Shown here: one piece after another, positions 1-11,203 of the stretch
Layout of the letters: each line of letters starts with the position of its first letter
Position numbering within the stretch: position 1 is the stretch's first letter
Assembly (NCBI GenBank): GCA_964016885.1
Contig: OZ024757.1
Location: 682,001 to 746,000 of the forward strand
Source: Eledone cirrhosa
Taxonomy: Eukaryota
DNA: 64,000 nucleotides
Reading direction: 5' to 3'
Program-made: the position numbers and the translations under genes
Notes under the pieces: generated by a model
What the model was told of the DNA's origin: nothing
The model's database searches: none
Seen by the model: the letters and a program-made list of their open reading frames with translations, nothing else

Positions 1-770
1 CAGTGCAACAGGCAACTGATAAACCTCAAGTGTGCCAAATTCAGCGAATTTGACATGAAAGGAGCTGTCCATCTCCTCTCTTCTCTGTCCTCCCTTACTC
101 CGTGTAACTCTGATTCACTTGATAGACTGAAAGAGAAGCACCCATCGGTACCCCCATATGATCAGTTACACTGGCCTGAACCACCAGAATACTCAAGACT
201 GGTCTACACTACTGATAACATCAGAAAGGTGATTACATCCTTCCCCACTAGTTCAGGCTCAGGATTGACGGCCTTCGACCTCAGCACCTCAAGGATGGTA
301 TCTCCTTATCCTCCTGTGACCCCAGACTCGAGTTCTTGGAGAATCTGACTCAGTTTGTGAATCAGTTCTCTTCAGTGAACGTACTCCCCTATATCTCCCC
401 ACTGTTCTTCGGTGCCAAATTATTCGGTCTCACTAAACCCAACAGAGACCTGCGCCCCATTGTGGCTGGGTGCATCCTTCGTTGTCTCACTGCAAAGGTG
501 TGTTTGCTATCGCTCTGACTCACTGTCAGAGGAAATTTCCACCATCCCGCTAGGGGTTTGTACCAAGCTGGGATGTGAGGCTGCTCCCCACACTACCAGA
601 GCCTTTACCAACTTGCCTTCCTTGTCCCCCAGGGTCATCCCCAAACTTGACCACAAGAACACATTCAACTCCGTCAGCTGCAATGTCATCCTCAGCTCAG
701 TAAGAGAGAAGGTCCCACAACTCTACCACTTTGCTTGAGAGGCTTATCGGGAGCCCTCCTACCTCTCTTT
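1..770 (+). mobile_element. Decayed non-LTR retrotransposon reverse-transcriptase fragment, CRE-like clade
   Basis: Frameshifted ORFs 55-348, 336-518 and 412-738 give FGAKLFGLTKPNRDLRPIVAGCILRCLTAK, LGVCTKLGCEAA.H and KLDHKNTFNSV, matching the early RT motifs of CRE-type elements (LIALxKxxGGIRPIAVG..LRRL, QxGVG..GCEA, DFxNAFNS). Confidence 0.65.
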
Positions 771-1430
771 ATATGTGTATATATGTTAAACTGTTTGTAT
801 ACACGCATTATACAAGCTGCTCCTTGTTTTCAGGGAAAAGCCTATAGTAGATAGCAGTGGTTGTGGCTCCCTGAACTTTTTCTATTCCATGTTCACTCAG
901 ACTACTGTACTTACAGAACACCTACCTCCGCTGCTGATTTGGTCACCAAGGTAGCAGGAGCTGTCTACTTCTATGGAACCCCCCAAGAATTTGATAGAGC
1001 TTCTTTCCTGTGGCCATTTGTTGCCTACTGACCCTGTGCAATGACCACATGTAAAACATATGTTGTTAGCTAAATGAAATCAGATATTGTATGGCTTCAT
1101 ACAGACTTGTAACTCCTGGTCTAAACACAGCTGATTTCTCCCAGAGAAGGAGAGAGAGTGATATAGAAATGAGAAAGAGATACAGAGAAAGAATTGACTC
1201 CCGCTAATCAAAAGGTGGAGGTTAAAATGGTGTTGACATGTCATCAGCAGAGGAGATGATAGCTATGTTAGAAAGTTGTATTAGAATAGATTTCCTGGGA
1301 AAATGCCAGAGAGCAGACCTCCCAAGAGGTTGAATGATAAACTTTATAGAATATGCTGGGATACCACAACTGACATTGGAGAGAATTGCTCTGGACAGGA
1401 AAGTTGATATCTACAGTTTACCAATGTTGA

Positions 1431-1646
<216 letters not shown>

Positions 1647-1664
1647 TAAATATGTGATTATATG

Positions 1665-2135
1665 TACATCATCAACATCGTTTTTACATCTGTTTTTCCT
1701 GCTTGCATGTGCTGGATGGGTCCTTCTCAACATGGCTTCTCTCACAGCAAACATTATCCATGTACATCACATGTCCATACTAAAGCAGTTTTCTCTCCTA
1801 CACACCCCTTAAGATCCCTCTTAAACCCAGCATCACCCTCAACATGTCCTTTCTCTCCCACTTCCAAGACACATCCAATGAAGCATGGTTGCTTCATTTC
1901 TCTCCAGTCCACAGCCCATGTTTCACTACTATGCAACATCACACTTTCCACACAGGCGTCATACAGTCGTATTATTGTACAGAGAGAGAAACGTTTTGTG
2001 GTCAACAGTGGGAGTAGCTCTCTAAACTTTTTCCATCTTATCCTTATTCTAGCTATTATTCTCGCAGGGCAACCTCCTGCTCTGCTATTTAAGTCACCTA
2101 GATTGCAGAAGCTATCAACCACTTCTACGTGGGTA
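1665..2135 (-). mobile_element. RTE-clade LINE 3' fragment
   Basis: ORF 1754-2122 (VDSFCNLGD..ARIRIRWKKFRELLPLLT..RLYDACV.SVMLHSSETW) is homologous to the C-terminus of ORF 24139-25290; it ends in a CAT-rich tail on the + strand. Confidence 0.85.
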
Positions 2136-2403
2136 TAATTATAACTATATATTTATGTGTTCATGTGTATATATCTGTAGATTTACAGTGTTTGTTTCAA
2201 CACTCAACTCTGAGTTTAAATCCTACTATGGTCAATTTTATTTCTATTATTTGAAGTCTTTATATAACATACCAGGAATAGGTTTTCTACAGAGAAATTA
2301 AAACATGCAAGATTTCACAGCACTAGCATCACCATTAATTCTTTATAGTTAGCCTGTGAACTTTTCAGCCTACCTCCGTGTGTGTGTGTATATGTCTATA
2401 TAT

Positions 2404-2570
2404 ATCATCATCATCATTTTACGTCCGCTTTTCCCTGCTTGCAATGGTTGGATGGGTCCTATTCAGCACAGCATCTCTCCACTTGTCACGGTCCTTTGTC
2501 ATCTCCACCATGAGCTTCAGCAATCTGAGGTCTGCTCTCACCACCTCCGCCCATGTTTTTCGTGGTCTAT
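2404..2570 (-). mobile_element. RTE LINE extreme 3' end with (ATG)n tail
   Basis: Highly similar to 25793-25957. Confidence 0.8.
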
Positions 2571-2734
2571 ATATATATCTATCTATATATATATATATAT
2601 AGTGTTATTTCTATTTATCATTTACACACACACACACACACACATATATATATGTATATATTTAAATGTATAAGAAAAACAAATGACTAGGCATGAAGTA
2701 TAGGTTAGAAGAGAAGAATTTAATCAAAGTGCAT

Positions 2735-2841
2735 TCTTTAACCCATGTTTCAATACAATATCAGTCTACGAGAGCTGGTTACATATTATTATTATGCGCA
2801 GTCACTAGCAATACATAAAATACTACATTTCATCAGAAAGA
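2735..2841 (-). ncRNA. Type I hammerhead ribozyme-like motif with long stem II (Penelope-like repeat)
   Basis: Minus strand reads tcttt CTGATGA aatgtagtatt...gatattgtatt GAAAC atgg GTT aaaga. Stem I is tcttt/aaaga, the stem II base is 11 bp with G-U pairs, and the triplet is GUU. Confidence 0.5.
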
Positions 2842-2989
2842 TTTCAAAGTTCGAGGTGAGGTCGCTGCATCTTACAATATACAAAGACCATGTCGAGAAA
2901 AATACTTTGGTAAGCAATCTTACTTGTTTTTGTTTGTACACTGATCCACACATCAAATTTTATCCGTACATATCTTTATATATATATAT

Positions 2990-3180
2990 AATGAAGGAAG
3001 TGTGGTAAGGAACCAGGTGGACCATAACACACCAGAGTACTCGATACTTAGGGTAGTAGAGTGGGTAACAGGAAAAGAGTCAAGACCCCGACGGCTGAGT
3101 TCTGGCCGTTTTGACAGCTGGATCTGAACTAGCTGTCAAAACGGCCAGAACTCAGCCGTCGGGGTCCTGACTCTTTTCCC
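2990..3180. mobile_element. TA-flanked interspersed element ending in a 49-bp-arm hairpin (probable Penelope-like terminus)
   Basis: Sits between (TA)n runs. Arms 3071-3119 and 3131-3179 have one mismatch and an 11-nt loop. Shares cagag(t/c)actc(g/a)a with ~5830 and ~22903. Confidence 0.55.
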
Positions 3181-3299
3181 ATATATATATATAATATGTG
3201 TGTGTGTGTGTATGTGTGAATTTACTACATCTAAGATATACGGCATGTTTAATAAATAAACATTTTGAAAGCCTCAGTTATAAATAGAAGACTGACAGC

Positions 3300-3315
3300 C
3301 AGCGCCATCTGGTGG
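3300..3315 (-). promoter_or_regulatory. Consensus CTCF-type motif
   Basis: Minus strand reads CCACCAGATGGCGCTG, matching the CTCF core CCACCAGRKGGCRS. Confidence 0.6.
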
Positions 3316-4679
3316 AATTCAGCAAAGTCAAGGACTATATTTGTCTCTGCATTTCAAACTAAAATGGTTCTCGTCATCACAGTGCTTACCTCTGCCTACA
3401 GCTGGACTTTGAGACAGGTGAAAATATATAGTTTTTTCACCTGTGTAAATGACTAATTAGCCTCATTTACAATCAACATAGCTGACACTAAAGCAACAAA
3501 CACAAGCTTCAGTATTGAACGTCTCTCTCTCCTACATGAAAGGTGGTACTACTAAAACCAGTAAACAACACCTGTTCAATCAACATTAACCAACAACATA
3601 CACCTGCTTTAATATCAACATCTGCTCTCTCCTCTATTGGCTGCAGCACATTTTGTCATACATACTTTATATCTCTTCTGTGTGTATGTCATATCTACTT
3701 AATATTTAGCCCTTGAACAAAAACACCTCCATACAGTTTGAGGGTATTGTGTTTGTATTTGAACACACTCTAAGGTAGGTAACTCTAAGTCATGTTTGTA
3801 GTTGGTGGTGGTGGTGGCACTGTTGACATCTTACTGTTACCATGACTACCAATGTTATTTTCCCAAACTCAATGTTTCTAGATATAAGTTGGAAACCAGA
3901 GGCAACAAAGTGGGGTTCCAGCTAGATCCTGTCAACCAAAACTCCATGTGACTTAATTGACCTGGATTGGGCCTGGCCCCTATAAAGTGTAAGCAGTTAA
4001 TGACTGAAACACTTGTGTGAGAGGTGTTTCTTCTCTGAAGAACTTCTGCTATCCAGCTCTCTTGAGAGTTTCTTACCACTATCTTCTTCATATCTTTTCC
4101 CTGTGTATGTATATATGCCACATTTTCTTCTATAGCTCCATGTATATATATATATATGTGTGTGTGTGTTAGCCTCACATTAAATTTTGGGTCTTTATTG
4201 AATTTATAAAAACACTACTAAAAATATCACATGTGGAACCTGTAATATTATTTTACATATTCATTTCTGTTAGTTTTTGGTTGTTGTTTCTGAAATATAA
4301 CTGAAAGTGAGTCCTCAATCAATGGAATTTGACTCCAACAGAACTAGTTCTGGCTTGGTTTTTATGGTGAATGTCCTTCCTAACGCCAAATATATTTAGC
4401 GTGTGCAGTTGGTGATCTTTGTTATGACACCTACACAACCACTTTACAATTTGGGTTGGGCGCTTTTTGTCATGTCACACATGACCACTTTACTGTGTTT
4501 ATATATATATATAACATGTATATCAAAATATGTCTTCACTTATAAATATATAAAGTATATAGCAAGAGTGAGAGAAATTCAATCCTATTTCCCGAATGCA
4601 GACTCTGGGACACAAGAGATGTACAAGGTAAGTTAACTAAGAACGTAGGTTTTATATGTGGTCATTGTATTGGAACAGT

Positions 4680-5597
4680 AAACAGCAATCACTCTCAGGG
4701 GACAAGCTCTATGAAATTCTTTGAGGGTTCTATAGAACAGTTGACAGATTCTGTTACCTGGGTGACCTAATCAACAGTGAAGGTAGGTGTTCTGAAAGTA
4801 CAGTAACCAGAGTAAGAAGGGGATGGCAAAGTTCAGGGTGCTACTACAGCAAATAGCTACATTTAGTGGTCTAAAGTATGCATCACTTCTCCCCCTCCAC
4901 ACACCATAACCCTACCATTCCTTAACACCCCACCACCTTCCAGCTCAGTATCCCACACTGACCTACCTCTCCAATCCACACCCTACATACACACCCCAAC
5001 ACCATTTTCCACCTCTAATGCACCTCTCTTGACCAACCAATGTAGTCAAGTATAGAAAGCTTAACATGCTCTCCCACAATGCTGCTGAAATGGCTAAAAG
5101 CCCTCAGTCCACCCTCAGTAAGGTTGTCATACAGGTGTTATGACAAAACAGCAGCTAACCTTCCCTGTAAGGTAGATGTGCTGGTGACATGACAAATAAG
5201 TAATCAGTCCACCCTGTGAGGTGGTCATGTTGGGGACATGACAGAAGGTACCCAGCTCATTTTGTAAAGTGGTCATGTTAGTGGCAAGACAGATGGCACC
5301 TGAACTGCCCTGATGAGCACACAAGTTGGTGACATGACAAAGAGCACCTACTCTGCCTTCTAAGGTGATGGTGGTTGTTGTGATGGTGACACAACAATAG
5401 TACCCAGTCCACCCTATAGAGTGGTCATGTTAGTGACATGAGACAACAATAACTGCACAGTCCACCTTGTAAATGTGGTTGGTGTTAGGAAGACCATCCA
5501 GCAATAGAAACCAAGGCAGAAATGGTTTGTGAGCAAGAAATGGTCGTCTGATCTGACTTGTTTCACAACAGGACGACTAGTCTGACCCATGCTATCG
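4680..5597 (+). mobile_element. Old RTE LINE 3' end and 3' UTR with expanded internal repeats
   Basis: 4725-4850 matches the VDSFCYLGD..CSES..RVR segment. 5480-5595 matches the RTE 3' UTR at 25430-25550. Degenerate cagtccaccctgtaa..gtggtcatgttagtgacatgac repeats lie between. Confidence 0.65.
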
Positions 5598-5729
5598 TAT
5601 ATATATATGTATATATATTTATATATACATATTCATACATTCATATCTAAATATATGTATATAAACTTTGTTGGTCATTCATGACAGAGTGAGTTCGTCA
5701 ATGTATGTATATATATATATATGTATGTT

Positions 5730-5774
<45 letters not shown>

Positions 5775-5777
<3 letters not shown>

Positions 5778-6130
5778 CAAAGGGATATTTAATTTGTTGG
5801 TAATTCAACAGATATATTTATAACAGATTCAGAGCACTCGACTGGTTTTCTGGAGTATAATATCAATGATATTAATAAATGGAAACTATTTATAAAACCA
5901 TATTTATTCTATTATATATATATTTCAAGGGTACCAAAACTTTGGTACGCTCTCATCAGATAAAATACAAAGTTTGTTTTATAAATAGTGACATATCCAG
6001 GAATGAGACTTCACCGGTTCAAGTTCCGTCTGGAACTTGAACCGTTAAGGTCTGATTCTTGAAATATATATAATAGAATAAATATGGCTATATAAATATA
6101 GCTTCCATTTATTAATATCATTGATATATA
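5775..6130. mobile_element. TA-flanked palindromic element (Penelope-like inverted pLTR remnant)
   Basis: Imperfect inverted arms 5861-5929 and 6057-6125, an internal hairpin cggttcaagttcc-gtct-ggaacttgaaccg, and a hammerhead core. Confidence 0.6.
5905..5967 (-). ncRNA. Minimal type I hammerhead ribozyme motif
   Basis: Minus strand reads tattttat CTGATGA gagcgtaccaaa-gt-tttggtaccctt GAAA tatatat ATA atagaata. Stem I is 8 bp, stem II is paired, and stem III is palindromic. Confidence 0.65.
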
Positions 6131-6512
6131 TATATAAAGAATCTTACTTTATTAACAAATACGGACCCCGTCTAAACACTTCTTCCTAAGACGAACCCAC
6201 AACATACACACGTTGTCATACATACCTACATCAGCATACATCCTACATACATTTCTATCCACATATAAACACAATGACATACGTAAACACACGTTCTATG
6301 GCGCAACACAAATATACACAAATTCGCATACCTTTTGATGTTTATAGATATACATGTGCCGACATGCACACATACGCATACACACACATGTATTGAACAT
6401 TGATGGGTGCATACATATTTGTACACAAGTATCCCATACGGCAGGGCCCCATCGATTCCCCTTGCAGTACGTCCAATTTGGACTCACACACGCCTTGTTG
6501 TTATGACAATAC

Positions 6513-9500
6513 TATAACGGCGGCGAAGATTCGAAAACGAATCTGAGCTTTCCCGCCTCTGGGACAAGCCGTGGTAACTTGTTTACGCTCAAGAGACTTG
6601 GGAGAGGCTAAACACAGGTCAGAGGTGTTTACGCCTGACAGAAAATAGGTCAGAGGATATACCCATCTTTCTGACTTGTTTACGCTTCGCAAACTAATCC
6701 CTTGGGAGACTAACCAAAGTTCAGAGGATATATCTATCCTTCTAACTTCAACTCTTATAAAGACAGGGATTGTTTACGCCCAACCACACACAGATTTGCT
6801 GCGGCAGCATACAACCAAAAACGCAAACATCAAGCTCAGCGAAAAAGAATGTACTGCTTTCGCTGAGTTGAAGAAAATGTTTTCCGAGGCTACAATGCTG
6901 AGTTACCCCAAATCTGACGCCCCAATGTGTTTATTGACTGATGCATCCGATTTCGGAGTTGGAGGTGTGCTTCAACAACTCTCTGGCGATATTTGGCGAC
7001 CTGTATCTTTTTTCTCTAAGCGATTAAAACCCGCCGAAACTAAGTACAGCACATTCAGTCGTGAATTATTGGCAGCATATCTTGCTGTCAAGCATTTTCG
7101 ACACATGCTAGAAGGTCGTGTGTTCGCTATATACACCGACCACAAACCACGAGTGTACGCGTTCAATGCCAAGCCTGACCGACACTCACCCAGGGAGGTC
7201 CGACATCTGGACTTCATTTCTCAGTACACTACTGATATTCGGTACATTAAGGGTGCCACCAATTCAGCAGCTGATGCTCTATTGCGCATGGAGCTTAACG
7301 CAATCCACACCACTGCCACTATCGACCTCCGGAAGATTGCAGCGGATCAACAGAATGACGAGGAACTGCTGCAACTCCGGAAATCATCCTTGAAATTGAA
7401 GGAATGCCCGCTGCCCTCTTCTTCGGGTTATATTTGGTGCGACATCTCCACAGGCCACGAGCGCCCATACGTGCCCCGGAAACATCGACGCGACGTTTTC
7501 TCGGCACTGCATTCACTGGCTTTGTGTGGCCCAACATCAACAAGGACACCCGCGAATGGGCTAGGAACTGCATCGCGTGCCAGAAGGCGAAAATTCACCG
7601 GCACATCAAAGCCCCGATCGGTTCTTTCGCAACACCTGATGCACGGTTCCAACATGTGCATATAGACATAGTTGGACCTTTGCTTCCTTCCCACAACTAC
7701 ACTCATCTTCTCACCTGTGTCGACCGATTTTCTCCTCTGACGGATATTACTGCGGAAACTGTCGCCAAAACGCTAGTGTTTCACTGGGTTTCGCGTTTCG
7801 GCACACCCGCGACCATCACTACGGATAGAGGACGTCAGTTCGATTCGCACCTATTTACCGAGCTGACTCGTCTCCTCGGGTGCAAACACATCCGTACAAG
7901 AGCGTATCACCCTGCCGCTCACGGCATGGTAGAACGCTTACACCGCCAGCTAAAATCATCTAGCAAGGCTTACGAAGACTCCACTAACTGGTTCGAATAC
8001 CTCCCACTCATTCTTCTTGGTATTCGTTCCACTGTTAAGGAGGGAGTCGGACATTCTCTGGCTGAAATGGTGTATGGCACCGTACTCACTCTACCCGGAC
8101 AAATGATTGCTCCTGTTTCGCCACAAGAACTTCCAGACCCTACAAAATTTGTGCACTGTTTACGGTCATCGATGTCGCATCTGTCTCCTTCAGCCCCTAA
8201 ACAACAGCACGTTACTTCACACATACCAAAAGACATCGATACATGGACGCATGTTTTCGTTAGAAATGACTGTATTCCATCGCAACTTCGTCCGCCGTAT
8301 TCCGGGCCCTATAAGGTGATACAGAAATGCCCTAAGTATTTCGTCCTCGACTTGAACGGGAAACGAAATACTGTCTCCATTGATCGTTTAAAAAAAGCGT
8401 TCATAGAACAGGAATTGCCACCAGTACCCATCGTTTCTCCGGCAGACTTACCAACAACTTTGTCCGACACAAACACGACAAATTCTGCACAACCCCGACA
8501 CACCAAATCCGGAAGAACAGTCCGATGGCCCACGCTATACATACAAGTTTATCGGATAAGTACAAATTATGCATCTGGTCGACATTTCGGCTAATTTGTA
8601 TATTTCAGTGAATCGGCCAATTTCTGTGGTCATGAACTATTGCTACACACAAATCAATTAACTCTGTGCATCACCCACATCAAAAGAACAGACAAAAGAA
8701 CATTTTTCCGTTTCTATGAAATGAACGAACTTTTAATCAACAAACTTTTCGTACGAACATTTTCAATTTTATGTAACATCACAGTACATTTTCCTGCATG
8801 TAAATTTCTTTTGCTTTACATGTTTTCTTTCATGTCTCCTATTTGTAAATGACTTTCATGTGTTTTTTTATTTTTACTGATTTTCTTCAACAACACACCT
8901 AGTCATACCTATCTTCATTTCACATGCACCTAGATCGTTCAATCTTAGCTTTCTCACTGGAAGGGGGATACTATAACGGCGGCGAAGATTCGAAACCGAA
9001 TCTGAGCTTTCCCGCCTCTGGGACAAGCCGTGGTAACTTGTTTACGCTCAAGAGACTTGGGAGAGGCTAAACACAGGTCAGAGGTGTTTACGCCTGACAG
9101 AAAATAGGGCAGAGGATATATCCATCTTTCTGACTTGTTTACGCTTGGCAAACTAATCCCTTGGGAGACTAACCAAAGTTCAGAGGATATATCTATCCTT
9201 CTAACTTCAACTCTTATAAAGACAGGGATTGTTTACGCCAAAAATAGAAAAGAAGTGGATACAGACAAGACGACGTTTTTTACAAGCTCTCGTCACGAAA
9301 AACCAGTCTGCCATTTATTTTCACCTTCCTGGCTGATCGCTGACTCCTGCAATACAAATAAGTAAATATACTGATACGCCGCTCACACGCATTCATAGTG
9401 AGTCCACCATTTGTACACGCACCATTCATTTCTGTTTACACATATTATAATCGTATTCTGTGATATTTGAATTTACGTGGCTCGATGAGCCACCAAATTA

Positions 9501-9678
9501 TTGTATGAATATTTTGTGTCAATTATTTTATCATTCAATATTCAAATTGAATATTGTGGTAATAAAATAAACTTTGTAACAACACTCCTGGTATTTTTCT
9601 TTACATCGAAACCACCATACCAACAGTTACATCCATCCATCCACTTGTCGTTACAACCACACATAATATTCCGTTACA
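6513..9678 (+). mobile_element. Internally deleted Ty3/Gypsy LTR retrotransposon
   Basis: 5' LTR stub 6513-6780; full 3' LTR 8972-9678 (TATAACGG...CCGTTACA); polypurine tract GGAAGGGGGA at 8959-8968; 4-bp ATAC duplication at 6509-6512 and 9679-9682; domain order RNase H then integrase. Confidence 0.93.
6781..8594 (+). pseudogene. pol: Gypsy pol remnant (RT connection, RNase H, integrase)
   Basis: RNase H motifs LLTDASDFGVGGVLQQ, YSTFSRELLA, YTDHKP, NSAADAL. Integrase motifs [32 protein letters not shown] frameshifting deletion lies in the HHCC finger (~7520) and a short in-frame deletion follows CVDRFS. Confidence 0.9.
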
Positions 9679-10019
9679 ATACTCTACATCATTTCACCTC
9701 TTTTATTATTGATGTTATTTAGAGAGAATCGTTTTTGCAAATGACTGAAATTATCGAATATTATGTACGCCATTTTTACCTGTACCACAAAAATACTGGT
9801 CCATACACACACACACTCGAACACTAACATACAGACAGACACACACACTTCTCCGTATAAGACAAGAGCTGAAAAATATGTTTCAACATGTTAAAATAAA
9901 CCCCCACACATTCCTACTGACCGATTCATTTCCCTTATCACAACAATGAACCACTTTGCTACTCCCCCCCCCCCCCCCACACATTCCTACTGACCGATTC
10001 ATTTCCATTATCACAACAA

Positions 10020-10373
10020 GGCGGTGGATTGGCAGTATCGGTAGAGGGTCGGACGCCATGCTTTCCAGCATAGTTACGTCCCTTTACGATCTGAGTTCAA
10101 ATCCCGCCGAGGTTGACTTTGCCTTTCATCCTTACGGAGTCGATAAAATAAAGTACCAGTAATGCACTGGGTAATTGCTGGCCTTGTGCCTAAAGTAGAG
10201 ACAATTATCACAACAATGGGCGGTCGAGTGGCGGATGCCATGCTTTCCAGCATAGTTACGTCCCTTTACGATCTGAGTTCAAATCCCGCCGAGGTTGACT
10301 TTACCTTTCATCCTTACGGGGTCGATAAAAATAAATTACCAGTAATGCTGGCCTTGTGCCTAAAGTAGAAACA
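10020..10373 (+). mobile_element. Tandem dimer of a tRNA-derived SINE
   Basis: A-box-like tggcagtatcggtag, B-box gagttcaaatccc and core gccgaggttgactttgcctttcatcc..gtcgataaa..gtaccag. ATTATCACAACAA occurs at 10007, 10204 and 10374. Confidence 0.85.
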
Positions 10374-10479
10374 ATTATCACAACAAATGAACCACTTTGC
10401 TACACACACACATATAGTTGTCTTAATAGACATCTGAACTGTTGACCTCTCAACATGACTGCAACTAAATCAAGCGGAA

Positions 10480-10780
10480 AAGGTCACTCTTCGACAAACC
10501 TACATTTGGCGCGAAACCAGCTCGCGCTAAAATCAATTTAAACATTCACGTGACCTCTACCGATCAATCAAAATTGTTTTGACTACAAGAATTTATGCCA
10601 TACGAATAGGCGCAAATTTTATAGTGTTTATTCACGTGACATTCAACAACCAACCAAATTTTAATGCCTCTCAAGCCACTTTTTTCACATAAAACTGATC
10701 AGATTAGAGCAAAAATCACGAGCACTCTATCTCAAAATTATTTTTTGAAAAGCATAAGAAATGCGCAACCGGTAAAAACT
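10480..10780. promoter_or_regulatory. Candidate promoter with E2F and E-box sites
   Basis: TTTGGCGCGAAA at 10505-10516 (double E2F site), further GCGC-core variants at ~10522 and ~10608, ATTCACGTGAC twice (~10544, ~10630), locally CpG-enriched. Confidence 0.45.
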
Positions 10781-11160
10781 TAAAACTAAAACTGAATACT
10801 AATTAATACTTATTACTAATTTATACTTATTCCTAATTGAACTATTTTTCACTGGGAAAAATTTGTCAGCATTTACTTTTCCTTTTTACTAATATATCAC
10901 AACTCGTGTGTCACACCTCTATTTTATATATATATACAATTAAGTTAAAAATGTACATCTACATATGCATACTGAAATACTAGTGTGTATATGAATACAC
11001 ACACGTATACATATGCAGATGTAACAAGTCTTTCACTGGTTGCTTTACTGTGAGCAACTCAGCTATTCTGTATGTAAACACACAGACAAACCGGTTTTTA
11101 GAGTCATACTGGTTTTCGAGGAAACATCTTCCCTCTATTCTTCAGAAAGCCAGACAAGGA

Positions 11161-11203
11161 ATATTGAACTAGTTTCGTTGTTGTTACAACTCATCAGCAA
11201 TAT
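11161..11203 (-). ncRNA. Minimal type I hammerhead ribozyme, intact core
   Basis: Minus strand reads atattg CTGATGA gttgt-aaca-acaac GAAAC ta GTT caatat. Stem I is a perfect 6 bp, stem II is 5 bp with a G10.1-C11.1 pair, and stem III is the palindrome AACTAGTT. Confidence 0.8.

Noticed and set aside
3835-4140. Possible solo LTR (TG start, CTATAAAG, hairpin)
   Set aside because: No convincing CA end or target duplication could be identified by eye.
7500-7530. Programmed frameshift between RNase H and integrase
   Set aside because: Conserved HPG..T residues are missing, indicating a deletion; there is no slippery site.
7404-8594. Domesticated intact integrase gene
   Set aside because: N-terminus is out-of-frame sequence, the HHCC finger is broken, core residues after CVDRFS are deleted, and it lies within LTR bounds.
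10020-10110. tRNA gene
   Set aside because: A and B boxes are present but there is no cloverleaf; it is a SINE head found in multiple decayed copies.
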